Under the pieces are notes generated by a model that was given only the letters and a program-made list of their open reading frames with translations, was not told where the DNA came from and did not search any database. This document shows, piece after piece, positions 48,920 to 61,615 of a DNA stretch of 64,000 nucleotides. A program made the translations under genes and the position numbers. Each line of letters begins with the position of its first letter. Position 1 is the first letter of the stretch. Source of the DNA: Paraphysomonas bandaiensis (lineage: Eukaryota > Protista > Chrysophyceae); contig CBFFRP010000234.1 in the NCBI GenBank assembly GCA_965644295.1, positions 186,001 through 250,000 on the forward strand. Reading direction: 5' to 3'.

Positions 48920-50455
48920 TACAGTCCAACATAAAGTTTCACCCTATTAACCAGCTCCAAGCCCAATGTCTCTATTGAGACCGTGGCTGAGTCACATCAG
49001 TGTGCCCAGGGCCTTTTACACTCCCTTACTGCTGCATTTTGTTGACCACCACGCTTCCGACAAATTACCTGTCACACCATGTTGTACACGCTCCAAGCCC
49101 CCCTGCCTGGCCTTGCAACCTTCACCCTACTCAACTACTTCAGTTAAACCACGTGCCTGCACCAATGCAGCGCTGACCGCACCTATGTGCTATCCCCTCA
49201 GCAGACAACTTCGTCTCACCCATCGCTTTCTACGGCTACAACCTCTCAGAACATGGCTCGTGCGAGCAGGCTCACGAAAACGACCCCCATGGACCCCCTA
49301 TGCAATCACTGAATACTCTCGATCCCTCTCAACTGTGCAACAGGGCTGCCTTCTGCCGCCCACTCAACCCAACCCAACATGGTTTGTCTGTGGTCCATCC
49401 ACCCAGCAGGCTACCCCCTCACCCTGTTCACCTATCACCCCCACAGCCCATCCATCTCATTGGATAGACACTGTATTCCGCATACGGTATACTCGACTAC
49501 TGTACTACTGTGTCCTACAGGATGTATACCATTCCGTGTATACCTCTACTGCTGTTGGACACATCACCATGTCCATGTACCTGTATACCTGTACTGTTGG
49601 ACACATCACCATGTCCATGTACCTGTCTACCTGTACTGTTGGACACATCACCATGTCCATGTACCTGTCTACCTGTACTGTTGGACACATCACCAGCTCT
49701 CTCTCACTGTCCAACACACTCATAACACCACTGCAGTGTCATACACACACACAGTACACTCTACCTCCTCCTAGAAAACCCCCAGACAAACTATCTCCTC
49801 TCCCTTCGTCTCTGATACCTTGCCGTCATCTTCCTTACACACACTCTCTATGCCTCAGCCTGTACCCCCCTGCACCAACACAGACACTAACAAGGGCAGC
49901 TGAGGACGTCCGAGTGTCTCCTCCAGACCATCATCATCATCACGATCATCTCGTGCATAGGGCTATCAGAGTACTCGACCTCAGTGACTCTTGTTCTGTT
50001 GCGCAGTCTCACTCCCCTCAATCAGATGTTGCCTCTCTTGCACCATCACACTCCCTCTCGACTCCCTGTAGCTGGACACACCGGATGACCCTCACATCCC
50101 ACCCCTGTACAGCTATACACCCTCTTGCATGTGTTCTCTACCGCTGGCTAAGACAGCAAAAGAGCCGATTTCGACGCTTCTTCACAGTAGGCCATAACCT
50201 TTTGCAAGACCTTCATCCACATACCTCCGAGCCACTTGGAACAATGCCTAAAGGAAGGCCACCAGATCGCCAATCTCAGAAGGGCATATTACTGTTTCCC
50301 CTAACTGCCAGAAGGCTAATAAGTCAGTCCCCGTGAGGTACATAAGGCTATCTATCATATAGCGAGTGGAGTCTCATCCCAAGAGGAGACCTCCAGATCA
50401 CACGCGCCGGTGAGTCCCAGGACACACGATCATGGCGAGCCTCATAACACACACT
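48920..50455 (+). mobile_element. Unclassified C-rich segment between two repeat copies; probably retroelement-derived
   Basis: Abrupt shift to C/A-rich composition; 456-codon low-complexity ORF with no recognisable domain; recurring PPD motifs; bracketed by copies D and E. Confidence 0.4.
49537..49695. repeat. 42-bp tandem minisatellite (~3.8 copies)
   Basis: ctgttggacacatcacca recurs at 49552, 49594, 49636 and 49678. Confidence 0.95.
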
Positions 50456-50720
50456 AAGAACGGAAGTGGTTGCACCTTGGTGCTTGCGGCGACGCACAAG
50501 CAGCTTCTGTAGCGTTAAATAGTAGGATAAAAGAGTTTGTATTGATTAGTTACGGGTAGTAGTCTAACTAGTATGACTAGCATTCTTCTAGCCACTAATT
50601 GGTGCAGGCTTTCAACGCCTATTGCTAAATAATCAGACATTCAATATATAAATTTTTTTGCTACATTAGTTCTGACTCTTACATGCCTATTACTAATAAT
50701 ATGACATTCACTATTCACTA
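50455..50720 (-). repeat. Dispersed repeat family, copy E
   Basis: ggttgcaccttggtgcttgcggcgacgcacaagcagc..agcgttaaatagtagg and tttgctacattagttctgactctt are shared with copies C and D. Confidence 0.85.
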
Positions 50721-50972
50721 CAACACCTAGCCAGCACAGAGACGATGTTTTTTCTATATTCACTAAACGCAGAACGGCACTGGAAAGGTGATGATAGAAG
50801 TATCTTGCAGACAAAATGGCAATGCTAAGACCAACTACAATAGGACGCTTTATCCCATGCTTAACCTGCATAGAAGTTAACAGTGCATCGTGTACCACTG
50901 TGGCATTTGCTTGTGAAATAGTGAGATATAATGCTGGTATGCGGTTTTATTACCCAAAATTCTCAAACTAAT

Positions 50973-53900
50973 CTATACTGCAAAATCTGGATCATTTCGA
51001 AGTTTCTTCATTATCTTCTTCTTGTAATCCCGGAAGCTTCCGTCGAAACGATTCAGGCGCTTCTTTGAAAGGACCCAAAGCTGACCATCTACCACATCAG
51101 CAGCTCGAACATTTTCTTTTCTAATGCCATCAGCTGAACCCGTTAAGAGACGGTTGATGAATGCCTCGTCGTGTGAGACGACAATAATAGCCCCCTGTTA
51201 CTCATTAGTGCAATTGTCGAAATTTCAATGGAATTGCAATGATTATTACCTTGTATGTATCCAGAGCATCCCCAAGGGCCCTCACAGTGTCAGAGTCTAA
51301 ATGATTTGTGGGCTATATACAAACGTCCCAACGAAGTGAGCAAGTTTACGTTGAGATAATAAGCGTACCTCATCCAATATCAGTACATCGGGCTTGTTAT
51401 ACAAGGCCACGGCAAGAGCTACTTTCATTCTACAGAATCCCCATCATAAAAACAGAACAAAAGATAGCCAACAGAGCACGTTGCCCACAGATAATCGCCA
51501 TTACAATTTCATGTACGTCGCCTACAACAGAAAACCTTACCGTTGACCTCCGCTTAGATATCTAACAGGGATTACAGCACGAGTGCCCTGGATACCAAAA
51601 TTAGCTAAATACGAACGCTGAGCTGTTTCCTCCTGTCGTGTCCCTGGAATAAACGATAGTTATATACTTCTTTTTACAAGAAACAATGGCACTAATTCAC
51701 ACGATATGCAGATTACGTACACTATGGACATTTCGTACAGACAAATTACGTACAGCACTCATCGATACATAATACACAGGGTGCAAATACACACCTGGGT
51801 CATATAATCCTACGGCATTGGAAGCATCTTGAGGCATGTCGCGCATATGCTCGAGGGGATTTTTGTCAGGATCTAACTGTTCACCCTTGTAGTGGTGCTG
51901 CTGAAGCATAGTTATACGGCATCCCGTGTGGCGACGAATAGTGCCAACGGAAGGATCAAGTTCCCCCAGAAGAACATTCAATAAACACGTTTTCCTGATG
52001 ATACGTTAACTATTGATCAACCACATACACAACATGCAACACCGTACCCACAACCATTCTTTCCAATAATTCCTATACGCCCTCTGGGTGGGACAATGAA
52101 GTCTACATCCTCGAATAAGTTATTGCCCTGCTCCCATCCAAACGAAGCTCGTTCAACGCCGATCAAAACCTGATATGGCATTTTACAATTTGGTCAATAT
52201 CGCATCCAATTCATATGTACTTCACCCAGACTCACCTCATCATCTGCAAATATTCCACTGGGTGGTGGAATCGTAAATGATCCTAAACCAATACAAAAAA
52301 GTCATATTTAGCACACTAAAAAAAATATTCACAGCCAACACACCTTCTATGTCTTCCTCAATTTCCTCAATATCTTCCATGTTTTCAAGTTTCTTCATTT
52401 TCATCTTGCGCTGAGACTGATGGCCCGATCCGTCATATTTTTTGCCTTCGCGGGATATGAATTCCTTGAGCTTATCCTTCTGTAGTTCTTGTGCGGCTTT
52501 AGCTCTCGCTAGAGCTCTCCGTCTATCCTCAAGGGTAACTTCATACGACCGATAATCACCTGTTTATCGGCATTTACAAAAAGTATATATGATTCATGCC
52601 CTTTTGTACGTGCCTGAGAAATGAGTCAAAGCACCTTTCTTCTGTCCAGCAAGAGTAGATCGGAGCTCCAGTATGTCTGTGCATACAGCGTCCAGGAAAT
52701 ACTGATCATGCGAAACAATTAGGGCCATTCCCTCAAACCGATGGGTTAGATAGTTCTCTAGCCATACGAGGGCATGAAGATCGAGATGGTTAGTAGGCTA
52801 CAGCAAAGTTACAGTTAGTGAAACGCAATCTACAGATATGTAACAGAACATTAAATAGAGAGTGTTATATATGATAGTCCACTACAATTCAATAATATGT
52901 AAGATACATTGTCCCACGATTCCAAAAAATCTATGTGAAATGAACTGATGTGTGGTACATAGTTATTAATTCACAGTGAACAGCGAGTATCCATGAGGAA
53001 AGGAACAGTACCCCAAACAATACTACCTCATCCAACAATAGCAAATCAGGAGCCACAAAGAGCGCAGATGCCAAAGCTGCTCGCATCGCCCAGCCACCAC
53101 TTAGGCTACGTGTGGGGACAGTAGCTATAGTATCCGGATCAAACCCTAAACCTGTTAAAATGCGCGTAGCCCGAGCTTCAGCAGTAGAAGCACCTGTACA
53201 AATGTAAGAATACAAATAGACAGAAGTTTTGATCTATATATTCCACATCTGAACATATTTTTCTTAATTACAGTCTACCATATGCAACAACACCACACAA
53301 GCAACATTTATCAAAGTTAGAGCATGGGTTACATTGCACTCACCAATGATCTCCATACGCTCATACACCTCTGCAAGAGCCACCTCCAAATTGACACCTT
53401 CCATGTCTGGTGGTACTGGATCGGTCCCGTGTATCATAGCATTGAGTCGAGCCTCGTCTTGTAATAACGATGTTCTCTCGACATCGGCTCTCAACAACCA
53501 CTTCGAAAAGTTGTTATGACTAGTACGTGCCATAATATATACATGAAAAAGTGTATACATGCATGTACAACACAAGAGTGCATCGGCATACAATAAATTG
53601 TAGCAATCCACAGTGGGCAGTAGGTAGTCACAGACAGTGTGTGTAAAGACCAATTACCTGCATTGGAGTATCGTCATCACCCTCCACATGCTGCTCTACT
53701 AATAATATTTTGAGGTGATCTAAACCTGGCAAGGCATAGCACGCCAGTGATCGCATAAGGGTCGTCTTGCCTACACACCACACATTCTCTCAGTCAGCTA
53801 CTTTATATTGATAAGAAATATCTATTCTAATACCACGCATCTTAAAACTACACAATCAGCCGTGATTGTCATAAATACTATGAAAAAATATATTCTGCTA

Positions 53901-54739
53901 GTCATACCTGCTCCATTTCGGCCAATGAGACCATAGCGTCTTCCCCATGAGAGGGTAAGCGAGACGTCTGACAGAAGCTCGCCCCTGCCTAAAGAAAGAG
54001 TAGTTTCACATGAGATAATATGTAACAATACGCAGGGTACTTAGCAGAAAATATCGTAAGTGCATGCTAGTACTACGGTATCGAAATATTGTAGATGTGA
54101 AGCGGTAATATCCGTACCAGAAGGATGTGGTAAACCAAACGACTCGATATTAACACCAGTACAGGCTTTGCTACTACTTTTAGCACCACTTCTTGCTGCC
54201 CTGATGGCCGCCATACGTGCAGCAGCCATTTCCATGCGACGCTGCATATCTGCTTCCGCTTCAGCACGCAACTTTCTAGCTAACTGTTCGCTCTCGTGGG
54301 CTTTACGCTTCTTTTCTCGTCGGGTCTTCGGAATAGCCTTTGCGTCATACTCAGTGTTCGAAGAAACTTCATTCGGATTATCTGTATCGATAAACACAAC
54401 TCCACCATATGTTTGTTTCTTCGTCTCCAATCCAGACCCCTCTATTATACGCACAGGTGCAGATAAGAGCTCGGGCACCTCTGACTCCGTCTTGGACACA
54501 GATACACTTGACTTAAACCCGCTCCCTCCAAACGACACTGCTAACTGACGACATAGAGAGGCCGCCTTCTCCTCATCTCCATACTCCGAATCGATGATGA
54601 ATGGAGCGACAGCTTCTTCAATAACTTCAGCATTCTGCTTCTCGCTGAGGCTCATCTCGTCTAAAATCGATACGATGTAGCCGACTAAGTCCTCACTGAA
54701 ACCGGGAAGCACGCTGTCCACCACGCTCTCTGTGGACAT
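50973..54739 (-). CDS. ABC-F family ATPase (two NBDs, no TM domain), intron-rich
   Basis: [12 protein letters not shown]|[21 protein letters not shown]|PTNHLD, VSHD, GIIGKNG, YLSGGQR, LDE|PTNHLD, VVSHD; last exon ends DPDFAV-TAG. Confidence 0.95.
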
Positions 54740-54862
54740 GTCTCACGGGTTGATATCGACGATGGAGGGTCTATAGGACTGCTGTGGCTATCGATTCATC
54801 TTATCCGTTCCTGCAGAAGACACATATACACAACTGTATACATGTATACACACCTATGTGGC

Positions 54863-55004
54863 TGTATGTATGTATGTATGTATGTATGTATGTATGTATG
54901 TATGTATGTATGTATGTATGTATGTATGTATGTATGTATGTATGTATGTATGTATGTATGTATGTATGTATGTATGTATGTATGTATGTATGTATGTATG
55001 TATG

Positions 55005-55038
<34 letters not shown>

Positions 55039-55244
55039 TGTATGTATGTATGTATGTATGTATGTATGTATGTATGTATGTATGTATGTATGTATGTATG
55101 TATGTATGTATGAATGTATGTATTTATGTTTGTATGTATGAATTTTTGAATGTATGTACGTATGTCTGTTCGTATGTATGTATGTATGTATGTATGTATG
55201 TATGTATGTATGTATGTGTATGTAAGTTTGTATGTGTATGTATG

Positions 55245-55275
<31 letters not shown>

Positions 55276-55296
55276 GTATGTATGTATGTATGTATG

Positions 55297-55330
<34 letters not shown>

Positions 55331-55960
55331 TGTATGTATGTATGTATGTATGTATGTATGTATGTATGTATGTATGTATGTATGTATGTATGTATGTATG
55401 TATGTATGTATGTATGTATGTATGTATGTATGTATGTATGTATGTATGTATGTATGTATGTATGTATGTATGTATGTATGTATGTATGTATGTATGTATG
55501 TATGTATGTATGTATGTATGTATGTATGTATGTATGTATGTATGTATGTATGTATGTATGTATGTATGTATGTATGTATGTATGTATGTATGTATGTATG
55601 TATGTATGTATGTATGTATGTATGTATGTATGTATGTATGTATGTATGTATGTATGTATGTATGTATGTATGTATGTATGTATGTATGTATGTATGTATG
55701 TATGTATGTATGTATGTATGTATGTATGTATGTATGTATGTATGTATGTATGTATGTATGTATGTATGTATGTATGTATGTATGTATGTATGTATGTATG
55801 TATGTATGTATGTATGTATGTATGTATGTATGTATGTATGTATGTATGTATGTATGTATGTATGTATGTATGTATGTATGTATGTATGTATGTATGTATG
55901 TATGTATGTATGTATGTATGTATGTATGTGTATGTAAGTTTGTATGTGTATGTATGTATA
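54863..55960. repeat. (TATG)n microsatellite array, ~1.1 kb
   Basis: Directly visible; degenerate patch ~55110-55300; grades into (TAGG)3 at ~55961. Confidence 0.99.
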
Positions 55961-56872
55961 TAGGTAGGTAGGTTGGTAGTATGTACCCGTATACTGGTAT
56001 ATCAGTACCTTATAGTGAGTTAGTATGTCTATAAGCTGATAAGATCCACGCACCTGACAATAGATCTGGTTCCAGAGTTCTCTTATACCTTCCAGCGACT
56101 GCATAGAGTGCTGTAGTCCTCTGATCATACTTGAGATAGATGTTCTAACCCATCTTTTCGGTGCATGTAATCATTTAGGGTCAATAATTTGGGAATACCG
56201 TAAGGAACGCATCTTGTGGGCGTGGTGTTACCATGCGTACAGTAAGCATATAAAGAAGCGTATGTTAAGGCAATATACCTACACTATTTGTACCTTTGTT
56301 TATTGCTGGATCTAAGTTACTGGATTCAAATGATATCCGCATTGTTAATGGGGTGATATAACACACTACATACTATACACTATACACTGCACATTATATT
56401 GCTGTCGAATATCATTTTGAATTAGAAGTATTGATCGCGACACTTGACTTCTGTAATGAATGTGGACTTTTTTCATTTAAATACTGCACAAAGCTTAATA
56501 AGCCAGGAATCAGTTCCTCTATATACCAAGAGCACATGTTGTTATTCTATCTACTTGAGGTATCAAAAGCACAGTTGAGCCGTATTGAAATTTAATAGAA
56601 TCGATAAAAAATTTAAATTGATAGGAATGTCTGCAAAATTTAGTAGAAACAAATGTCACTTTTTAGTTTAGTAGGGACAAATATATTTCCGCCATTATAA
56701 ATGGATAGCAAATATACTCGTTCTAATCCACACTTTTTGTCCTCTCTACCTTGTAATTTTGGGTCAGTTATGAATCCACTTACTTATTTCTACATAATTT
56801 GTAATCTGGTTAATGTAATCCACAAAGGCAACACTCAAATATTATAACGGAATCGATTTAAAATATTGTCTA

Positions 56873-59306
56873 CTACCAAAATTTTTCAAATGCATTTGAT
56901 TTCAAGTACAAAGCATGCACATTGACATGAGGTTCTGGTATGTACATATAATTACTCCTGATTTTCACGTCAATAAGACTTTTAACAATATCAGATAAAA
57001 CGTATTGACGTAAATTCAAGGAACCGCAAGAACATGACATATGTGAAATAAATTCATCCCAAGTATTTCCTTGAGCAGTACTTTCATTGCATGACTTGAT
57101 CGAGGCGTCATTGCCTAAACAGCCAACGGATGACAGAAAACTCGCACAGTTATTTAGAAATAGACGACATAAATCCACAGATTTTGCCCTATAAGTACTC
57201 GATACATTGCTTACGCGAGTCTCATTCTCAAAATCTGTTATACTGGCCTGTGCTCTCGTAGATACAAAAGTATTAAAAATTACTTCTAACAATGCATTAG
57301 ACATATCTACATTCCAGAAGCTAGTGTGGAGCCAATCTACACTCTGTCCCGAGTGAGAGTCGCCCACACACATACATATTCCTTTCCATGGTTCTAAAGC
57401 ATTACTATCTTCACTCCTAGTTGAATCATGTCCTATCACTTTTCTAAGCCTCACTGGACAGTAAATGTGTGTCAATAACACTTTACAAAGGTTCACATAA
57501 ACTGTTGAAAGGTCGATTTGAGTATCATCTGCATAGGGTATCAAATCGTATCTCCTCTGAAGAAGCATTGAGGCAATCAAATACGGAATGCGGCTACTTG
57601 CAGGGGGCACGCCACTGCTACACACACAGATACTGCCGCCACTAAACGAATGAACATCAGTTAACCAAAGCACAATATATCGCACTGACCGGCAGTCTGG
57701 AATTGTCTGCAGTCTCTTTGGACACTCAACACGCGACATATATACTAAGCAGAGTTTTCGTGCCGTGATACAGTAGTCTATAGTTTCAGTTGGGTTGACT
57801 GCTGTTAGTGATAGGGCTTCACGGGGCCACAAAGACACCAGAGATGTCTCAACACTGCCCTGTAGCTGCGAGTCTACGAGTGCAGAATCTATAGTATTGT
57901 TGAATTGAAAATTGACGAATGATTCATCGCCAACTTGGAAAGAACTTGTAAACTCAGAGTACAAGCATGATCGTGCAAAGTCGAAGCGATCAATCGAATT
58001 CAACAAAACTGGACTATAGTTTGAATCTCTCCGAGTCGATGTCGGAATCGACAGATATGCGAGAAGGTTGAAGACCACCATAACACCTGCTTGTGCAGCT
58101 GTATGCGTGACAATACCATAGAAGTAAGCGTCCCCTGGTACCATGGCATTGATCTCGCTTACCATTGTGCTGACAGTAGTGAAACAACCACAGAAACCAT
58201 ATAGTAGCCCAAACAAGATAGATTGTGCATGCAAAGCATTATATCCGACGTACAGCTTTGATGCGCAAAGGATCGAGGCTGCAAGCCAAGTTCCAGTGAC
58301 GTTTACAATGAATGTTCCAACAGGAAAAGGGGCCCATCGTCTATTTATTGGGGATAGAATGTACCTCGCCAGTGCTCCAACAACCCCAAACACTATAAAT
58401 TGAGGCATATCACGAAAACAATTATACCTAAATTATACATTCCTACTACCTGCTGTGTAGCGAAGGTGCAATCCCAAAGGGCATATGTATGAGGGAATTA
58501 CCACCACAATGCATAACATCAGTGCTATTGCAATGATAATTATGCTTTCCACGACATGAGACACAAAATATGTCCCCTTTTGTGAATTGGTCGTTTCCGA
58601 TATACCGCTATACAAGTGCGCTGATGCAGTAGAGAGAGAGAGATGCCCATCAGATAGTTGCCCAGCCGCAGTGCTGCCAGAGGGAGGACAATTCCAACCC
58701 ACATACTGGTCAGCCACTCAAGCAATCGACCAGTGTCCACATATTCCACTCCACTGATACTGTCGGCTCTCCACATAAGGAAAAAATTCTTATTGCACTC
58801 CATTTGCCAACTTGAAAAAGAAGTGATAGACCCACAGAGACCGGACGATATAGCACAAGTTGCTCGCTGCTCGATCGTGTTTGAACTTACTCTTCTAGAC
58901 TTTAGATAAGCCTCAGTCATACCCATAATTACGCATCCAATCAGTTGACTGTACATTATACACTACAGCGAATACATAATTAAGGCATATGAGTACCACA
59001 GTATCCACCCACATAGTTTGTTTCTATGTCCCATATTTTGTAGTGAGACACAGCCATACGAATAGACATGCCTGCAATAGAACATATCGCAAGGCTACAG
59101 CACAATGTGACTGTCCCCCACACGCCTCCTTCACGCGTACGATTCGATTCTGGAAGCAATTCCTCATCATCACCACACGTAGCACTCAGCTTTCCACCTA
59201 TCTCACTGTCTCTGTCCCCCTCTATGTCCATCTTCATTTCTCGTGTTCCACTGCTCTGTATATGATGCATAGTACACCATACACTCTGCACGAGGTCAAG
59301 TGTCAT
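56873..59306 (-). CDS. FEX: Fluoride export channel FEX (two fused Fluc/CrcB domains) with ~390-aa Cys-rich C-terminal extension; N-terminus unresolved, one frame break
   Basis: SIAGMSIR, YSQLIGCVIMG, SGLCGSITSFSSW (domain 1); GVVGALARY, FPVGTFIVNVTGT, GFCGCFTTVSTMVSE (domain 2). Frame change near 58621-58661. Confidence 0.85.
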
Positions 59307-59975
59307 GACCCGTGAGGTCAGATGCTGATAGCGATAACTTTCTCATCATATTCTCGTTAGTTTCTTGTTCTTTTGGCATCGAGATATTCAGAGTATCTAT
59401 CGCTACAGTGCATACATCTCTCTCTCTCTCTCTCGCTCTCGCTCTCTCTCAAGACTATTCGTGTCAGCATAGCTCAGCATGGTATTGTGGGGTGGTATGG
59501 TGGACCTGCAGCATCTACTATAGAATCCAACCCGCCAATCATATCTCTTCATTTCATATTCTCGATATATGTGTGGAGGTAAGTATACGGCTGTAGTGCC
59601 TCTGATTGGTTGGAACTCATCTGAGTGTGGGTCGCATGCATCAACAGCAGAGCAGTGCAGTGAGTGCACTGGATGTCCACCATATGAAGCAACTGCTCCG
59701 TCCAGCTGCATGTCACTGCCTCTGATCTCCTCCCTTATCACACATCATCATTAGCACGGCAATCACACTGTCACAGTGATAGTCTATTCCTTTATATTCA
59801 CATGAGTTGATGTACACTTGCGCAGGTATACGTGTGTGTATGTATATGTGGAGGCGTGTATTGCCATATGTACCGCTCGCTGTCACATATGGCACCTCCT
59901 CCTCCTCACCCTTTCAAGCACAGTGTTCACTTGTGACGGCAGTCTATTCGAATACACTGTTAACAGTGAAGAGAT

Positions 59976-60863
59976 ATGAATAGTTTGATGGTCCTCGTCA
60001 CAGCTGCTGTGTGTATGAGATCTGTGAACGGGGCGTCAGCGGCATCAGCGAGAAATGTTTACGTAGATGCTTATGGAACATCGAATCAAATAAAATCACA
60101 ACTCAAGTCTAACGAGAATACTGATAGCCAAGTATTGGGAGATGGTGTATGGGAATGTGATTGTGAACAAATTTATTTTCCAACCCCCCAACCAACCCTG
60201 AAGCCTACCTTATTTCCCACACATCAACCGACAGTTGCCCCGACACTGTTTCCAACATTCAAGCCGACAACAGCACCTACTCGTCATCCAACATTTGAAC
60301 CCACTATTCGGCCAGTGTTACCGAAATCTCCAACCGTATCACCTAGCATTCGACAACTTAATCAACCTTCTAAAAGCCCTACCCACAAGCCAAGTTTAAG
60401 TCCAGCAACATTAAACCCTACTTTGACTCCTACATGCTTTCCAACTACATTCCCTACATGTATTCCAACAACTGTACCGACTAGATGCCCAACGTTTCCA
60501 CTATCATTATCCCCAACGTACTCGCCTTCTTATTCACCCAGTGTATTTCCAACATATTCTCCCAGTTCATGTCCAACTGTCTCACCGACTTTATCTCCGA
60601 CGTGTTTGCCTACACGTATTCCAACAACATTTCCGACGGCTCCCACCCCTGTTCCTATTGACAACTCTCCCTCGTATAGCCCCACTTCACCTCCCACTCG
60701 CCACCCTACGTTTTACCCTACAATCACCCCAACAAAACACCCAACCTTCACCCCAACTCTGAGTCCAACTGTGGTGGCTATGGTGCCAGTTCGTCGAAGG
60801 GATTTTCCTGAAGAAATATCTTCTGATCACAAGAATTCTGGGTTCAGACGTCCACTGCCGTGA
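59976..60863 (+). CDS. Secreted Pro/Thr/Ser-rich mucin-like protein (PT-x-x-PT repeats)
   Basis: Signal-peptide-like N-terminus, then ~200 aa of 4-residue P(T/S)xx repeats; intronless. Confidence 0.8.
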   Translation: MNSLMVLVTAAVCMRSVNGASAASARNVYVDAYGTSNQIKSQLKSNENTDSQVLGDGVWECDCEQIYFPTPQPTLKPTLFPTHQPTVAPTLFPTFKPTTAPTRHPTFEPTIRPVLPKSPTVSPSIRQLNQPSKSPTHKPSLSPATLNPTLTPTCFPTTFPTCIPTTVPTRCPTFPLSLSPTYSPSYSPSVFPTYSPSSCPTVSPTLSPTCLPTRIPTTFPTAPTPVPIDNSPSYSPTSPPTRHPTFYPTITPTKHPTFTPTLSPTVVAMVPVRRRDFPEEISSDHKNSGFRRPLP

Positions 60864-61615
60864 ACACAAGATTATTTACAACTATTTTTGTATACGTTTA
60901 ATTTGTCTCATTTTCTTTCCAGCTACACAAATTGCTTTCGTTATGTTCAGAAAGATGACTGTGTTGTGTGCTCTTATATTGTAATTTTTGAAATTAGAAC
61001 CGAAAGTAAAAATATTTGTGAGAGGTTGTTAAACAGAGCTAATATTATTATTACTGAGTTTTGCAAACGCGAATGGCATATCTAGACACCTTATAGTATT
61101 GATTATTGATGCTTCTGCGTGCGAATCGACATCATTCTAATTGTAGTTCTAAATGCCAGCAAGAATAAAATTGAAGGCTTTTAATTGGCAATAATAGCCA
61201 ATTAATTGCAATGCCAATAACTGGACGCTTAAGTAATAATCGCAATTATTATTGTTGGGTACCTCTCATATATCACAATTACGCAAGCCTGATTCCAAGC
61301 ACGTAGTTGACATTGCAGCGAATATATTTATAAAAATAACCAACAAATTATATATCGATAGAAAGCATACAAGAAATATATATGTGCTGCCTGTACCATC
61401 CTTTATATCTTGTAAATGTATTGCATCACGTTAGAAAATTATCCCCATCATCACGTATCACTATATTCCGATCTCTTGCTGATAGAACAATGTGATTAGT
61501 GGTAATTTCCTGAATACTAGTGCATAAAATATCTGACCTGCTTGCATAGCATAGTCGACAACAGCGCTTAAACTTCGCTTTCTATTCGCACGTACTGCCA
61601 CATTATAATCTATAT

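Noticed and set aside
49537-49695. Possible CRISPR-like array
   Set aside because: Head-to-tail 42-bp units with no unique spacers, no cas genes, eukaryotic context.
54784-56128. Long ORFs (MYVC.. / TYIH.. repeats) on both strands
   Set aside because: Artefacts of the stop-free (TATG)n array.
59403-59741. Upstream ORF as first FEX exon
   Set aside because: I could not find a splice path joining it in frame to the FEX exons, and it contains a (GA)n tract. Left unresolved.
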